Assembly: GCF_004010195.1 (NCBI RefSeq)
Contig: NC_057740.1
Coordinates: 27,994,391 to 28,058,390 of the forward strand
Direction of reading: 5' to 3'
From: Chiloscyllium plagiosum
Taxonomy: Eukaryota
DNA length: 64,000 bases
Positions within the stretch are counted from its first letter, which is position 1. The number at the start of each line of letters is the position of its first letter. Below, one piece after another: positions 12,053 to 26,065 of this stretch. A model generated the notes under the pieces. It did not search any database and was not told the origin of the DNA. It was given only the letters and a program-made list of their open reading frames with translations. The translations under genes were made by a program, and so were the position numbers.

Positions 12053-13131
12053 GGGGGGTGGTATTAATCAACATGGAGTGCCCAGCTGCTGCTTTGATCT
12101 AAATATAAAATGCACCTAAAGTCTGCTCAATGATAAGTTAAGAATATTTGTCTGCTTGTGTGTATTTGGATGGTTTAGGGATGTTAACCATTTTTAAGTG
12201 AAGTTTTAATGGAGACAGCAATGTTTCAGGTTTGCCTTGCTAAAGTCAAATGCTTTAAACTTCATTGAGTTTTGCATTTGTGTTTGCTTTAGAATTCATC
12301 CCTGCATCACTGTGAGGAGGAACCGTTGACATATGCTACACTATTTTGGCACATGAGTCCAAGTGTGGGTTATATTTGTAATGCAATCATAATTTCATTA
12401 CCGGAGCATATCCCAGAACTGAAATAAATAGAGCAGGGTGGGCACAATTGAAGCATGACTGTGACTGGCCTGAAGTCATGCTTTCTGGTTATTGCTGTAT
12501 TCAGCAAACCAGCAGCTGCACCCAGCCACAAGTGTAATTTTTATCTGGCTCCATTTCCCTTTTTATTTTCGAGGAAGCAAGGTCTTATTGTTTTCACTCG
12601 TCGTTACTTACACACCACAGGAAATTTTGATCAGCGGACTGGCAGTCTTTGCTGGAAAGTTGAGATTGGATTTCACTGCTAAGTTTAAAAACAAGCCTTG
12701 CAGTAATTGCAAATATGGGACTTTAGAACCTTGGTTATGTTTGCTACTCCCCAGGTGTTGAGTTTAAAATCTGAGTGTGCCAGCAGGAAGGAGCCAGGGA
12801 GAACAGACCAGAAAGTGCTCAGTAGGGAGATCAAATCACCACGGGGTTGCTTAATAGCTGGCTGCATGATTCTGCCAGAGGCTCGGGACTGAGCTCCCAG
12901 CCCAGACTTGATAAAAACAAAAGAAGGGAGATGTAATTTGGTTATAACAAAGACGACAGAAGTTTTTTTTTGTTTTTCCTCCTCCTTTGCTCTTTCACTG
13001 ATTAGAAGTTAGATTCAGATAAAGAAGACCCTTGAGTTCTTCCTGACAGACCCATTCTCATAATCTTCCCATCACAACATTTAGACGTTCCTTAACTATG
13101 ACTGGTACTTGCTGGTACCTTGCTCAAGTGG

Positions 13132-13320
13132 CCAGATTTGAGTCAAGATTAGAGTGGTGCTGGGAAAGTACAGCAGGTCAGGCAGCATCCGAGGAGCAGG
13201 AAAATCGATGTTTCGGGCAAAAGGCTTCTGATGAAGGGCTTTTGCCTGAAACATCTATTTTCCTGCTTCTCGGATGCTGCCAGACCTGCTGTGCTTTTCT
13301 AGCACCACTCTAATCTTGGC
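13132..13320. mobile_element. Fold-back PLE mini-element (family A)
   Basis: Inverted arms of about 90 bp (caagattagagtggtgctgggaaag... / ...cttttctagcaccactctaatcttg) centred on CTGATGAagggcttttgcctGAAA. Confidence 0.85.
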
Positions 13321-13508
13321 CACACTAAGGTACTGGCGGAATCTTTGATCTTGGAAGACAGCAAAGTCAAATCTAATCTTCTGGCCTCTGATATTGTGAA
13401 ATGAGTATTTTCCAATAAGAGTTATTTGACAATGAACATGAACACCACTTAACCTTTTCTTAACCCAGGACCACTAAGGGGAACTGTTGCATTTCTCTGA
13501 ATCTGATC

Positions 13509-14232
13509 TAGAGTCATAGAGATCTTCAGCATGGAAACAGATCCTTCAGTCCAACATCTCCATGACAACCAGATATCCTAAATAAATCTAGTCCCATTTG
13601 CCAGCACCTGGCCCATATCCCTCTAAACCCTTCCTATTCATATACCCATCCAGTGAGTTGTAAATGCTGTAAATGTTGTAATTGTACCAGCTTCCACCAC
13701 TTCCTCTGGCAGCTCATTCCACACACGCACTCCCCTGTGCGTGAAAAGTTGCCTCTTAGATTCCTTTTAAATCTTTCCTCCCTCACCTTAAACCCAACCC
13801 CTGCAATTCTGGACTCCCCTACCCTGGACAAAAGCCCTTCTCTATTTACCCCATGCATGCCACTCATGATTTTATAAACCTCTATAAGGTCACCCCTCAG
13901 CCGTCGATGCTCCAGTGAAAATAGCCCCAGCCTATCCCTATTGCTCAAGCCCTCTAACCCCAGCAACATCCTTGTAAATCTTTTCTGAACCCTTCCAAGT
14001 TTCACAACATCCTTCCTATAGGAGGGAGACCTAAATTGGGTGCAGAATTCCAAAAGTGGCCTAACTAATGTCCTGTATAGCTGCAACATGACCTTCCAAC
14101 TCTTGTACTCAATACTCTGACCAATAAAGGTAAGGTATCAAAAACCTTCTTCACTGTCCTATGTACTTGCAGCTCCACTTTCAAGGAACTATGAGCTTGC
14201 ACTCCAAAGTCTCTTTGTTAAGCAACATTCTC
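13509..14232 (-). mobile_element. CR1 LINE 3' portion
   Basis: ORF MLQLYRTLVRPLLEFC...LFSLEHRRLRGDLIEVYKIM; tail ctctatgactcta. Confidence 0.95.
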
Positions 14233-15479
14233 TTCTGTCCTGGATGACTCAGCTAGCTCACTCCACTTCTAATAGCATTATATGGCATTCCAACAGCTCT
14301 TATAATATTAGAATCTCTGTTCAGATCTATGTATGTAAGTATATACCTCCAAAGTCTCTGCAAGGCCAATGAAAGGGATTTATAGAGTGTGAACTTGCTA
14401 TCCAGAATTGATCGTGCAATTTGTTTCTTTAATGGACTTGTTGACTGCCATTTTTATATATAAAGAAATTTCCACTGATGTTGGATTAGGGAAAGGATAA
14501 TTTGATATTAATGAGATTTTTGCTGAAAAGTGAGCATTTGTATTTGTCAATTGAAGGCAGCTTGGTGAACAGTTTAGTTGACCGTGAGTCAAATAGGATC
14601 TACTGTCTCGGCAAATATTTTCGGCTTATTTAAGTGTATGTAGCTACATTGCAAACATTTTACCCCTGTGTTGAAGCTTTCTTTGAGAAAATCATTCATG
14701 AATATTGAGATGGGTCCCTCATTCCTGTCAATCACCTGTTCAATAGCTTTCATCAGTTTTAGTTGGTAAAACCAAAGCAAAGTGTTTGTTTCAAATTCCT
14801 TTGTGGAGTTTCATTCTTGGTTAATGTTCAGGCTCGGGGCCACTCTTCTCTGATAACAAAGTATAGTCATCAAAATGGAATCGAAAGGACAATTAAATAG
14901 AAATAGGATAAAATAAATGAGAATATACAATATTTGAATGGAGAAAATAAGACATAAATTATAGGTGATTTGCAGGAATATATAAAAATTGCTTAAAAGA
15001 AAGTGAAGATGTGTAAAATGTGCCACTGTAATGGGAATATCATGCAAGTATTTAATATAAAATTAACAAAATATATGTATTACATGCAGAAGTCAAATAC
15101 AAGTCTCTTTAAATTACAGTATATTAAGTTCTATAGTGTCATTCTTGGAATAGAGAAGAAAAAAGTGATTTACGTTTATATCGTGATTTGCACATTTTCA
15201 AAATGTGCAAAATTGTTGAAGTATGGTCAATGTGGGTCTATCAGTAAATACAGCAGTCTATTTGCATATAACAGGATCCCATGAACAGCAAATGGAATAC
15301 ATGATCCGTTACATTATAGTGTTAATCATAAAGAATTAGGAATTTTAGTGAATGTATATCATGGAAGCTGCATTCACTGCTGCACTGCTGTTAGTTGTCA
15401 AGCAAAAATGCATCAGTCAGCAGCATGGTGTGATCTGGGAAGAAGATTTGAGGAAAGGTCCAGTATTTTGTGTCTAGAA

Positions 15480-15508
<29 letters not shown>
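15480..15508. repeat. (TA)n microsatellite
   Basis: Direct read. Confidence 0.95.
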
Positions 15509-15513
<5 letters not shown>

Positions 15514-15716
15514 ATTTAATTTATATGAACCACAAGACATAACATGATCTTATTGGCTTTTGTTTGAGAATTGGATATTACTCAGGATATTGCAATTCTC
15601 CGCTCTTTTTGGAAAAAGTATCATTTGATAATAGGACTGGACATTGGATTTTATCGTCAGACTGCAGAAAAGGCAGAAGAGCATGGTTTAATGGTTAATC
15701 CAAAAGCCAATGACTT

Positions 15717-16210
15717 CAACTGCAACTCCTATTTATTAAGTGCTTTTAACATAGTATGATTGTTCAAAGCACTTCTCAGGATTCATTATAAAACAAAACA
15801 TGATGCAAAGCCAAATGGAGAGACTCTGGGACAGGAGACAAAAGTCTGGTCAAAGAAGCAAGTTTAATAAGTGTCACAAGGAAGGAAAGCACAGTTGAGA
15901 GACACAGAGAGGGAATTCCAGAGGCTAGGCTCTAAGGAGTTCATTGAGGACACAGTGGATATTAGCCTAGGTTAACCATTCTCTCTAGTGAGGGAATCCA
16001 GAACAAGGAGTCATAATCTCAAGCTTTGGACATGAGGATGAGAATTTTAGAAACAAGGCATTATTGTACCAGGAGTCATGATAGATCAGCAAGCACAATT
16101 CCAGTAGGTGAATGGAACCTGGTCTAAATTAGGACATGTGAAACACAGATTTAGATTTAACCCAAATTTGCGGAAGTGGGGAAGAAGATCTGATGGAGAG
16201 GCCATGAGGA
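15717..16210 (-). mobile_element. Decayed L2-like LINE 3' end
   Basis: Reverse complement of an L2-type tail (gaagtgctttgaac...ttaaaagcacttaataaataggagttgcagttg) plus the gagggaattccagag motif. Confidence 0.55.
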
Positions 16211-18022
16211 TTTACCAAAAACAAAGGTTTGAAAGGCTAAATATATTAAGGAAATACCTCATTCAAGTATGTACAAGCATTAAAAAGTTAAATTAACAAA
16301 TAAAAGATGAAAGGATCAGTGGTTTCAAATAAAGCCAGTGAGAAAAAAAATGAAATTAAATATCAGAAAGAGTATTGTCATATGATTTACTAGGATTACA
16401 TTAAAGTTGGAGATTTTGATGGCATTAAAGATGACATTCACATTCAGGAACTAGGCTAAAAAATCAGTGTACTTGACTTAAACTACTAGTGTAGTTTAGA
16501 TGGATCAAATAGCCTTTTGATATGCTGACATTGCACCTTATTTCTATCTCTTTCTACCCTTCCTGATAGCCCAAGAAAACTGGTGCCATCAAAATACTGG
16601 ACAAGTAGATTGTTCAGCATCCATGATCAGGTCAGAATAGCAAAACCAAGAATAAATCATTGACTGTAGTTTGGGGGTGTGGTTCTAAAACATATTCAAA
16701 ATGTTTTCTTTGCATAATCCTATTAGTTGAATGGTTAATAGCGAACACATGCGAACATTACAGCTGGCCAAGTGCCAACTAGAGGTGAGCTGTGGGATGG
16801 AAACAAGTCCTCAGAGTCTACAATGCTGGTGTCAATACCTTGTAATTCCAAAACAAAAGCACATATATGTCTTGTGTACAGACAACAATATTTACACCAA
16901 GGACACATCACTAAATGTCCTACAAGAGCTTGCATTCTTCCTTGAAGTGTAGGTCAAAATTCTCCAAAAGATATTGCGTTGAGATTATAAACAACAGGCG
17001 TTGCTTACTAGGGGAGTTTGCCTCACCCGTTCCTCAGGGAAAGGAGGGTGAATCAGTCTGCAAATACATTGGACTTTGCCCATGTCAGGAAATCATTCCA
17101 TAGCCCAAGGCTCATATCATTTGCTCTTCGAACATCTTTCCATACCTGCATGTGCATGTTGCTTTGGATTAACTGCAAAGTAATGTACACATGCAGTGTA
17201 GCACATTCAGAGAAAACCCCTGGATTTTGTTGGGAAGGGGTCTGGCCCATAGTGAAGGGTTTTGTGTAGCAATGTATTGGATTACTGCAAATAGAATGCC
17301 TTAAAGGAACAAAAGACAGTGTGTGCAAAAAAAAATCAACGGTCATCAAAGGATGAGTGACAGAATACTGTGGATTATAAGTAATAAATCAATTTTTAGC
17401 ACAGGCCTCATTACTTATGATTACCGCAAATGCAAGTAATTATGCAATGTGTCAATACTGGTCCAAAATCCAACATCATATTAGTATTTTCTTTCTAAGT
17501 TACCTTCTCTGCAGCCGTCATTGCAAACAAAATCAAAGTAAATAACAGTTTGTGGTTCACTTAGCTCAATAGTTAAATATTTCTTTTTGTGGGTGCACGC
17601 TATAGAAATCTCAGTGAATAGCAGTAATGAGAGTGTATATCACCATTTTGACTGACCCTATGTAAAGGGTAAAAGCTAGAAAAATCTATTAGAAAAATAT
17701 CTGGTGAACCTGTTGGAACCATTGGGTGATCTCAGCCTTTACATCTCTCCAAAATCCTTCCAAAACTCAGGCCAGAATTATCTCAGTAGGCTAGGGCCCA
17801 ATGTTGGGACTATATGTGTATCCCAAGTATGTATGGGTGGACAGTGGGCAATCTTCCCGCCACTGGCCACCATGTCAAATAAGAATCATGGACTAGCTCT
17901 TGATGCTCCTGGCCCACTCAGAGAGGTAGCTGTTCCTGAACCTCCAAAGAGAATGAGATTCAGGGGAGACATTTAACTGTCAGGAAGGCCACTGTCTAAG
18001 ATTTTTCAGCCATAATGCATAG

Positions 18023-18137
18023 ATATTTTTAATCAACCTGTTCTGACATGTTACAACATCCCTTTGCAACAGGTGGGACTTGAACCCAGGCCTTCTGCCC
18101 ACAGTAGGGACATTAGCACTGCACCATGTGAACCCCT
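18023..18137 (-). mobile_element. Short tRNA-derived SINE (third family)
   Basis: Minus strand ggtgcagtgctaatgtccctac...gggttcaagtcccacc has A and B boxes; related copies at 32078 and 63748. Confidence 0.55.
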
Positions 18138-20024
18138 GCCCCTTTTGCACTGTATGCTTATCATCGAATGCACACAGTCAATGCCACATGTACTCCAATT
18201 GCTTTAAGACACTTAAGGTTACAACATGCTCAATGGAGAAAATTTGAATACTAACACATTTTCCATAATGTCCAACTCTTTGCATTTGGAATGTTCATTT
18301 AGATATTGTATCAATAAAATATATTTTAAAACAATTAACTCAACTAGTGAGGCCAAGCCAAGCATGCTCCAGTGTTTGGGAGGAGGAGCCTGATGTTTTC
18401 CCAAGAATTATTCACTTAACTCTGATAAAGTGACTGTGGGTTCTTACTGAGAACAGGTGTCAGAATATTTATTTGTGGAGCAATTACATATAATATGATT
18501 CTATCAGAGACATTGGTATGGTCTGAGCTCAAACTGGCTGACAAACAGACCTTGTTAATGGATTACGAAGTACAGTGTCAATGGCTGTGATGTGTAGCCA
18601 TTTCTGACAGTGCAGCTTTGCTGTCTGTCTGCTACTGCCAAAATGCAAGTGACCTGGTAGGCTGAAGCCTTCATTTGACCGTTTATTGACTAAATTAGTC
18701 ATCTGCCTGCCATTGAGATGCTGTCAATCCTGCAGCTGGGAGATTTGCCTGCTGGTGGAATCATACTTTCTTGGCATACTCGGTGGCCTTTTCCAAACTT
18801 GTCCTTGCCCCATATGCTCCCTAGCTCACCATCCAGAGGCTGGTTAATTCTTGCCCTCAGTGTCTAGACTTACATTGTGAAGAATGATTCTATAGACAAA
18901 GTGCCTGAGAGCTTCCAGCACTCTTGAGACCCTCTTTCATGACAGATCCACTACTTTCAGTGGGGAAAAGAAGTAGAAAGTTGCAAAGCAGTAAGTGTGA
19001 AGAAAAGGAGGAGTTTGAGCCTTTATGGTAGTGTTGCATAACAGCTCTATCATTTGCCAGTAAGTCTTTTAAATCAATGCAGCAAACTCCACATGCATTG
19101 TATTAAAAAGCACAAATAAAATACGCTCACAATTCTACAATGTTTCCTTTGTACATTGGACATGAAAAGTATAATTACAGATGAGGATTTCAAGTGGTTG
19201 ATGGATTATAAGTTTAATGCGATGTAAAATAAAACAAGTTGAAGCAAATCCTTAATTAAACGTTATTCTAATCGCCTTTCCTTTATGTACAATAGCACTG
19301 CAGGGTGGATGGAAAGAAAATAGTACAAATGTACTTTAATTATATGAAATGTAGAACAAAAGTGTGCCAGCTCCCACCTAGTCTTGGTATGCGGCCCCAC
19401 AGGAACAAATGAAAGTTGGCTGCTATGGGTAAAAATGTTCGGCTGGCACTTCCACATTTTGTTTTAGCCACAAACCTTTCAAGTCTGGCAAATAATATAA
19501 GGGATGAATGTTGAATTGAAAGCCACAGAACTGTTAACAGTCAAATTTTCTAGTTCTTCCTGGGTGTATTTTGTTCTATGTAATAAAGCCCAAGGAGTGC
19601 GAGGTAGATTATTATCATTTACTGTTAACAGAATTTTTGTGGTTTAAGGTGTCGCCTAACCATGACTTAGAGGGAAATGAAAACCTTAAGTATTGGGATC
19701 CTGTGGCATGCAGATGGATGAGTGGGTGGCAGATTTTTGCAACTGTTCTTGAATTTTCTCAAATGTGAGTTTGAATCCAGTTTTCCAAAAAAAAAAGCAT
19801 TAAAGGTTCTTATTTTTGTAAAATTACCTCTCTTCCTTTTCTTAAAGCAAAATGTATGTCCACAGCTGATGGGTAAAAATTTATTTTAGGTAGTTGCACA
19901 ATATGAGAGTTTGTTGCGTTTTTTTTCCTGCTAATATCTAGTTCCATTGACTTCAATAAGACTGGATTTCAAGTGGGATGTATAACAGTTGACCAATTTA
20001 ATATTGCCCATTAACCCTACTTTA

Positions 20025-20168
20025 TGGGAGCAAATTACTGCTGATCCTGGAATCTGTACTGAAAACAAAACTCTGAGGAAAAGTCATTTAGACTCAAAAT
20101 GTTAGCTTCCTTTCTGTCCATGGATGTTGCCTGACCTGCTGTGATCTCCAGCACTTTTTGTTTTCAGT
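20025..20168. mobile_element. Fold-back PLE terminus (family B)
   Basis: tactgaaaacaaaa / tttttgttttcagta arms with a decayed CTGAGGA core; degenerate 15-bp TSD at 20010-20024 and 20169-20183. Confidence 0.65.
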
Positions 20169-20401
20169 ATTAATCCTCCTTCACTGAGTCAGAATGAAGC
20201 TGATCCCAACTGACAAACTTCGGGAGGTTTTGATGCCTCAATCTGGCTGGGAACCACAAAGTATTTGTGAACGAAGAAATGTTTTCAGTCTTACTTCATC
20301 CATCTAGAATAGCCTTGGTCCCTCCAAGGCAAGGTTCTCCTGTTTTTTAAGTGATTTGAAAGCATTCGCTTACACTATCCTACCCGGATGTCTGTTCCAT
20401 T

Positions 20402-22460
20402 TAGAGTCATAGAGGTGTACAGCATGGAAACAGACCCTTCGGTCCAACCTGTCCATGCCGACCAGATATCCCAACCCAATCTAGTCCCACCTGCCAGCAC
20501 CCGGCCCATATCCCTCTAAACCCTTCCTATTCATATACCCATCCAAATGCCTCTTAAATGTTGCAATTGGACCAGCCTCCACTATTTCCTCTGGCAGCTC
20601 ATTCCATACACGTACCACCCTCTGNNNNNNNNNNNNNNNNNNNNNNNNNNNNNNNNNNNNNNNNNNNNNNNNNNNNNNNNNNNNNNNNNNNNNNNNNNNN
20701 NNNNNNNNNNNNNNNNNNNNNNNNNNNNNNNNNNNNNNNNNNNNNNNNNNNNNNNNNNNNNNNNNNNNNNNNTACCAAACGCCTTCTTCACTATCCTATC
20801 TACCTGCGACTCCACTTTCAAGGAGCTATGAACCTGCACTCCAAGGTCTCTTTGTTCAGCAACACTCCCTAGCACCTTACCATTAAGTGTATAAGTCCTG
20901 CTAAGATTTGCTTTCCCAAAATGTAGCACCTCACATTTATCTGAATTAAACTCCATCTGCTACTTCTCAGCCCATTGGCCCATCTGGTCAAGATCCCGTT
21001 GTAATCTGAGGTAATCTTCTTCACTGTCCACTACACCTCCAATTTTGGTATCATCTGCAAACTTACTAAGTATACCTCTTAGGCTCACATCCAAATCATT
21101 TATAGAAATGATAAAAAGAAGTGGACCCAGCATCGATCCTTGTGGCACTCCATTGGTCACAGGCCTCCAGTCTGAAAAACAACCCTCAACCACCACCCTC
21201 TGTCTTCTACCTTTGAGCCAGTTCTGTATCCACATGGCTAGTTCTCTCTGTATTCCATCAGATCTAGCCTTGCTAACAGTCTTCCATGAGGAACCTTGTT
21301 GAACGCCTTACTGAAGTCCATATAGACACATCTACTGCTCTGCCCTTATCAATCCTCTTTGTTACTTCTTCAAAAACCTCAATCAAGTTTGTAAGACATG
21401 ATTTCCCATGCACAAAGCCATGTTGACTATCCCTAATCAGTCCTTGCCTTTGTAAATACATGTGCATCCTGTCCCTCAGGATTCCCTCCAACAACTTGCC
21501 CGCCACTGACGTCAGACTCACTGGTCTATAGCTCCATGGTTTGTCCTTTCTTAAACAGTGGCACCACGTTAGCCAACCTCCAGTCTTCCAGCACCTCATC
21601 TGTGACTATCAATGATACAAATATTTCAGTAAGATGCCCAGCAATCACTTCCCTAGCCTCCCACAGAGTTCTAGGGTACACCTGATCAGGTCATGGGTAT
21701 TTATCCATTTTTATGCATTTCAAGACATCCAGTACTTCCTCCTCTTTAGTATGGACATTTTGCAAGATGTCATTATCTTTTTCCCTGCAGTCTATATCTT
21801 CCATGTCCTTTTCCAATAAATACTGATGCAAAATACTCACTTTGTTTCTCCCCCATTTTCTGCGGCTCCACTTAAAGGCCGCCTTGCTGACATTTGAAGG
21901 GCCCTATTCTCTCCCTAGTTACCCTTTTGTCCTTAATGTATTTGTAAAAACCCTATGGATTCTCCTTAACCCTATTTGCCAACGCTATCTCATGTCCCCT
22001 TTTTGCCCTCCTGATTTCCCTCTTCAGTGTACTCCTACTGGCTTTATACTTTTTCTCAGGATTCACTCAATCTATCCTGTCTATACCTTACATATGCTTC
22101 CTTTTTTTTCTTAACCAAACCCTCAATTTCTTTAGTCATCCAGCATTCCCGATTCCTACCAGCCTTCCCTTTCACCCTAACAGGAATATACTTTCTCTGG
22201 ACTCTCGTTAACTCATTTCTGAAGGCTTCCCATTTTCCAGCCGTCCCTTTACCTGCGTACATTTGTCCCCAGTCAGCTTTTGAAAGTTCTTGCCTAATAC
22301 CGTCAAATTGACCTTTCTCCAATTTAGAACTTCAACTTTTAGAACTGGTCGATCCTTTTCCATCACTATTCTAAAACTAACAGAATTATGGTCGCTGGCC
22401 CCAAAGTGCTCCCCCACTGACTCCTCAGTCACCTGCCCTGCCTTATTTCCCAAGAGTAGG
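20402..22460 (-). mobile_element. CR1 LINE, 5'-truncated (late endonuclease region, RT, 3' tail)
   Basis: ORFs VGEHFGASDHNSVSF, YRPVSLTSVAGKLLE, GVPQGSMLGPLLF, SKFADDTKIGG; tail ctatgactct. Confidence 0.96.
20625..20772. other. Assembly gap (N)
   Basis: Run of N. Confidence 1.
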
Positions 22461-22754
22461 GAATCTTTGTGGTAGAGTTCCCTGATAGCAGCACCTGCTT
22501 GAATTTGTGTCCATTTGTCCTTCTGAATATAATCAGGCAGTCTTAAGTTTCCATTTGTTTTCAAATCAGGAAAGGAACTGAATGCTACACTATAGAACCT
22601 GAGTCAATAAAATATTCCTTTAACACAATTCAAAGCCAGGACATTTCAGTGAAAGATTAGATTCCAATCATTAGGCGAGGTCAGAACTAAGCACACTGAT
22701 CTTGTGTATCTTGCAAAGTGCTACCAGGCACTGTAACGTAATTTAAAAAAAATG

Positions 22755-23110
22755 TTTCAATGGGATGCGGACAACGCCAGCATTTGTTGCCCATATCTGG
22801 TTGCTCTTGAACTGATTGGCTCTTTGGGCTATTTCAGATGGCATATTAAGAGTCAACCACATGATTAGATTGGCAGTCACATGTAGGCCAGACCAGGTCA
22901 GGTAATGTCATCTAACAGACATTCATGAACCAGATAATTTTTCATGACAATGGTTATATGATCCTCATTAGACTACCTTTTATTTACAGAATTTTCAAAA
23001 AATTGAATTCAAATTGCACGATCTGCCATAATAGTTTTTGAATTTATACCTCCAGAATATTCATCTTGATCTCTAGTCCATCAATATTATTGTTATGCCA
23101 TCGCCTCCCC
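22755..23110 (-). mobile_element. tRNA-derived SINE family 2 (possibly Meta-domain type)
   Basis: Head ggggaggcgatggcata, core cctggtctggcctacatgtgact...gtggttgactcttaa, tail gctggcgttgtccgcatcccattg. Confidence 0.75.
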
Positions 23111-23640
23111 ATGCAAAGTACACACTATAACATAGTACATCACTAATTTGGTAAAACATCATGCCTTGGAGGTACTAGTCAGAGATATTCAGCTAAGATC
23201 AGCTAAGCCATTGCAAAGGTTTGAGGAATTTCAGGCATAAATTACAACCATCACAAGTTGAGTTTTGTCAATTGTTTTTGCTAGTTTAAAAACAAAGATC
23301 TGGAAGCCAGGTTGACCACAAAACAGAAAGCAACCCCGATCAAATGAATGTTTCCACGATTATGGTATGTTTCTGATAACTGTAGACATTTGTGAGCTTT
23401 CAAAGTAGCAAGTTAACCATTATCTGGTGCAAAGATTCTAAAAGGAACCTTTTAAAGCAAAGTTTTTAACTCACTCGGAAATCGTACATAACTTAAACTA
23501 ATAAAGGAATCTATGGTTGCTTTTAACAATAGTTTTCAATCATCTAAATTTGGGAGACACACAGTTGGTAGACAGACATTGACTAAATTTAAAAAAAAAT
23601 CAATTTTTAATGCCTATTAAATTTCAGTGCATCAAAGAGT

Positions 23641-24175
23641 TTTTCTTTCATTCATTCAGGAGTGTGGGTTACACTGGCAACATTAGCATTTATGGTCCAT
23701 CCCTCAAGAGAACGTGGTGGTGAGCTGCCTTTTTGCATCAGTGATGAACGAAGTGAATGTTAAGGTGGTGTTAAGGTGATGAAGGTGGTGCCAGTCAAGT
23801 TGGATGCTTTGTCCTGGATCATATCAAAGCTTCTTGAGTATTGTTGAATATGCACACTTCTAGGTGAGTGGAAAATATTCCACCACACTCCTGACATGTA
23901 CATGGTGGACAGGAATAGCAGAATCAGGAGGTAAGTTATTCATCACAGTATTCCTAGCCTCCAACCTTCTTTTGTATTCCTGATATTTAGCTTCTGGCCA
24001 AGGTAACAACCAGGATATTGTTAGGATATTGTTAGTATAAGATTCACCAAGGTAATAACATCAAACATAAAAAGACAATTGTTAAAATCTCTCTTGTTGG
24101 GATACTCATTGCCTGGCACTTGCTTGGTAGGAATGTTGCCTGCTACTTATCAGACCAAGCCTGGTTGATGTCCAA
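23641..24175 (-). mobile_element. Decayed LINE 3' part sharing its tail with SINE family 2 (CR1-group, Zenon-like tail)
   Basis: Tail ggatggaccataaatgctaatgttgccagtgtaacccacactcctgaatgaatgaaag, with a LINE-like body instead of the SINE core. Confidence 0.55.
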
Positions 24176-25682
24176 TTTTTTTTTTTGTAAAATGATCTTA
24201 AATGCTGCCTGATTCTTTTCATTCAAGAAAGTTTTTATGTTCATACAAATTTGAATGTAAACTTTAATGAAAAATTCACTTTGTAAAACTAATGCAATTC
24301 TCAGTTCTACTTGCTCCCAGATTGCCAACTGCACTCAAAGAAATAGTTGGCATTAGCATAGTTAGCAATAGTTGTCCCTTAGCATACTTTTCATTGGATG
24401 CCGTCTATTTGAAGCTTGATTCAATAGGTAAACCATCAGGTAACTGGCTTAAACATATGATTGTATTTAAAAAACCCGAGAGAAATATCCGGTGACATTG
24501 CAGATGACGAAAGCGGAAATTTGCAAACAAAGTCAAGAATGTGCTATGAACACTGGTTGATATTTACACAGGTGTACACTTTGCTGATTTTTACCAGCAA
24601 AGTTATGAGTTGATATGTACTTTAAATCTTAAACTTACTATTGTAATTCATATGGCATATTGGACAGAGTAAGTCGGTGTTTGATTTTAGTAGATTAGTG
24701 TCTTGATTTTGGTATCATCCTGATTTGATCTCTCACTAAAACTGAATCAATTAAGTATGCTTAAATGCAATGCAATATGGGAACACTATCATCTTTGGGT
24801 TTCTCTTCTGTGCAACATCCTGACTTGGAGGCACATCAGTGTTCCTTTATTGTCTCTGAGTCAGAATCCTGGATATAATAACTTTGAGAGACAAAGTTAT
24901 ATATTTCAGAGCAGGAAATATGACCTTACTAGTTTTGTTTGCGACCCATGAACGAACAAATAAAATTGCGAGTTCTCTGAGTGAAGGGAAGTATAACATT
25001 TTCCCTTATTCTACTACAGAGCAGGGATGTTCTCATTTGGGTCCTCAGCACGTGATAATTAACATATTTCAATCATTTGGCTGGAGATGATTAAGCAATG
25101 GAGGTTCTAGAATTGGCTTAGGTAGGCTGGACGAGGGAATGAGAAATAATTTAAAAGCTACAGTTTGTGTATCTGTTGAAGGATGTTGTGTGAGTGTAAG
25201 GACATTGAGTAAGCATTGGATTAAATGATACCATCCTGAATCCAGAGTCATAGCCGAAATTAAATTTATTGTTTTGGTTCTTACATAAAGAGGCATCACA
25301 AAGATTTACCCATACTAGGGGCAGTATGCCCTCAGAAACATCACAGCTATAGGGTCAAGACAGAATGATGTTTAAAAACAAAGATGTTAGCAATGGAACT
25401 CAAGGCACTGTACACAAGCACATAAACTCTGAGGCAATTACAAAATAATATGGTTCCTATCATCAAAACTTGTTAAGTGTTATCACAATAGCCCAATAAT
25501 CATAACAAATCTGAAATATGAAATACCTTTCAGACAGTTCTTCAGAGATGCCAAGTATTCAGTTATGACTATTGGTCACCATTCAAACATGTTACTCAAT
25601 GCTGTTTTCCAATATTAATTACCTCCAAGGCTTTTATTTAATGTTAAAAACTAAAAGCGATTAAAATTAAATTAATTAATTA

Positions 25683-26065
25683 GAGGAGACAGTACATCAT
25701 GGTTCTGGACTAATATTCCAGAGGTCCAGACCTGCATCGTGGGAACACAGAATTAAATTCCATCACGACAACTAGTATTCAAATTCAATTAATAACCAAT
25801 CTGAAATTGGAAGCTAATTCCAGTAGCGTTGACCATGAAATTAGCATTGAGCATTATAAAATCCACCTGGTTCACTAATATCTTTTAGGGAAGGAAATCT
25901 GTCTTCCCTACCCAGTCAGGTCTGCATGCGACTCCAGATCCAGAACAATGCTGTAGACTCTTAACTTCTCCCTGAAATGTTTGAGCAAACCACTCAGTCC
26001 AGGGATAATTAATGATGGAAAAGAAATTCTGGTCTAGCCAATGTTGCCCATATCCCATGAAAGAT
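25683..26065 (+). mobile_element. tRNA-derived SINE family 2, near full length
   Basis: ctggttcactaatatcttttagggaaggaaatctg core; tail ctggtctagccaatgttgcccatatcccatga. Confidence 0.8.

Noticed and set aside
20547-20956. ORFs spanning N
   Set aside because: CR1 sequence read through an assembly gap.
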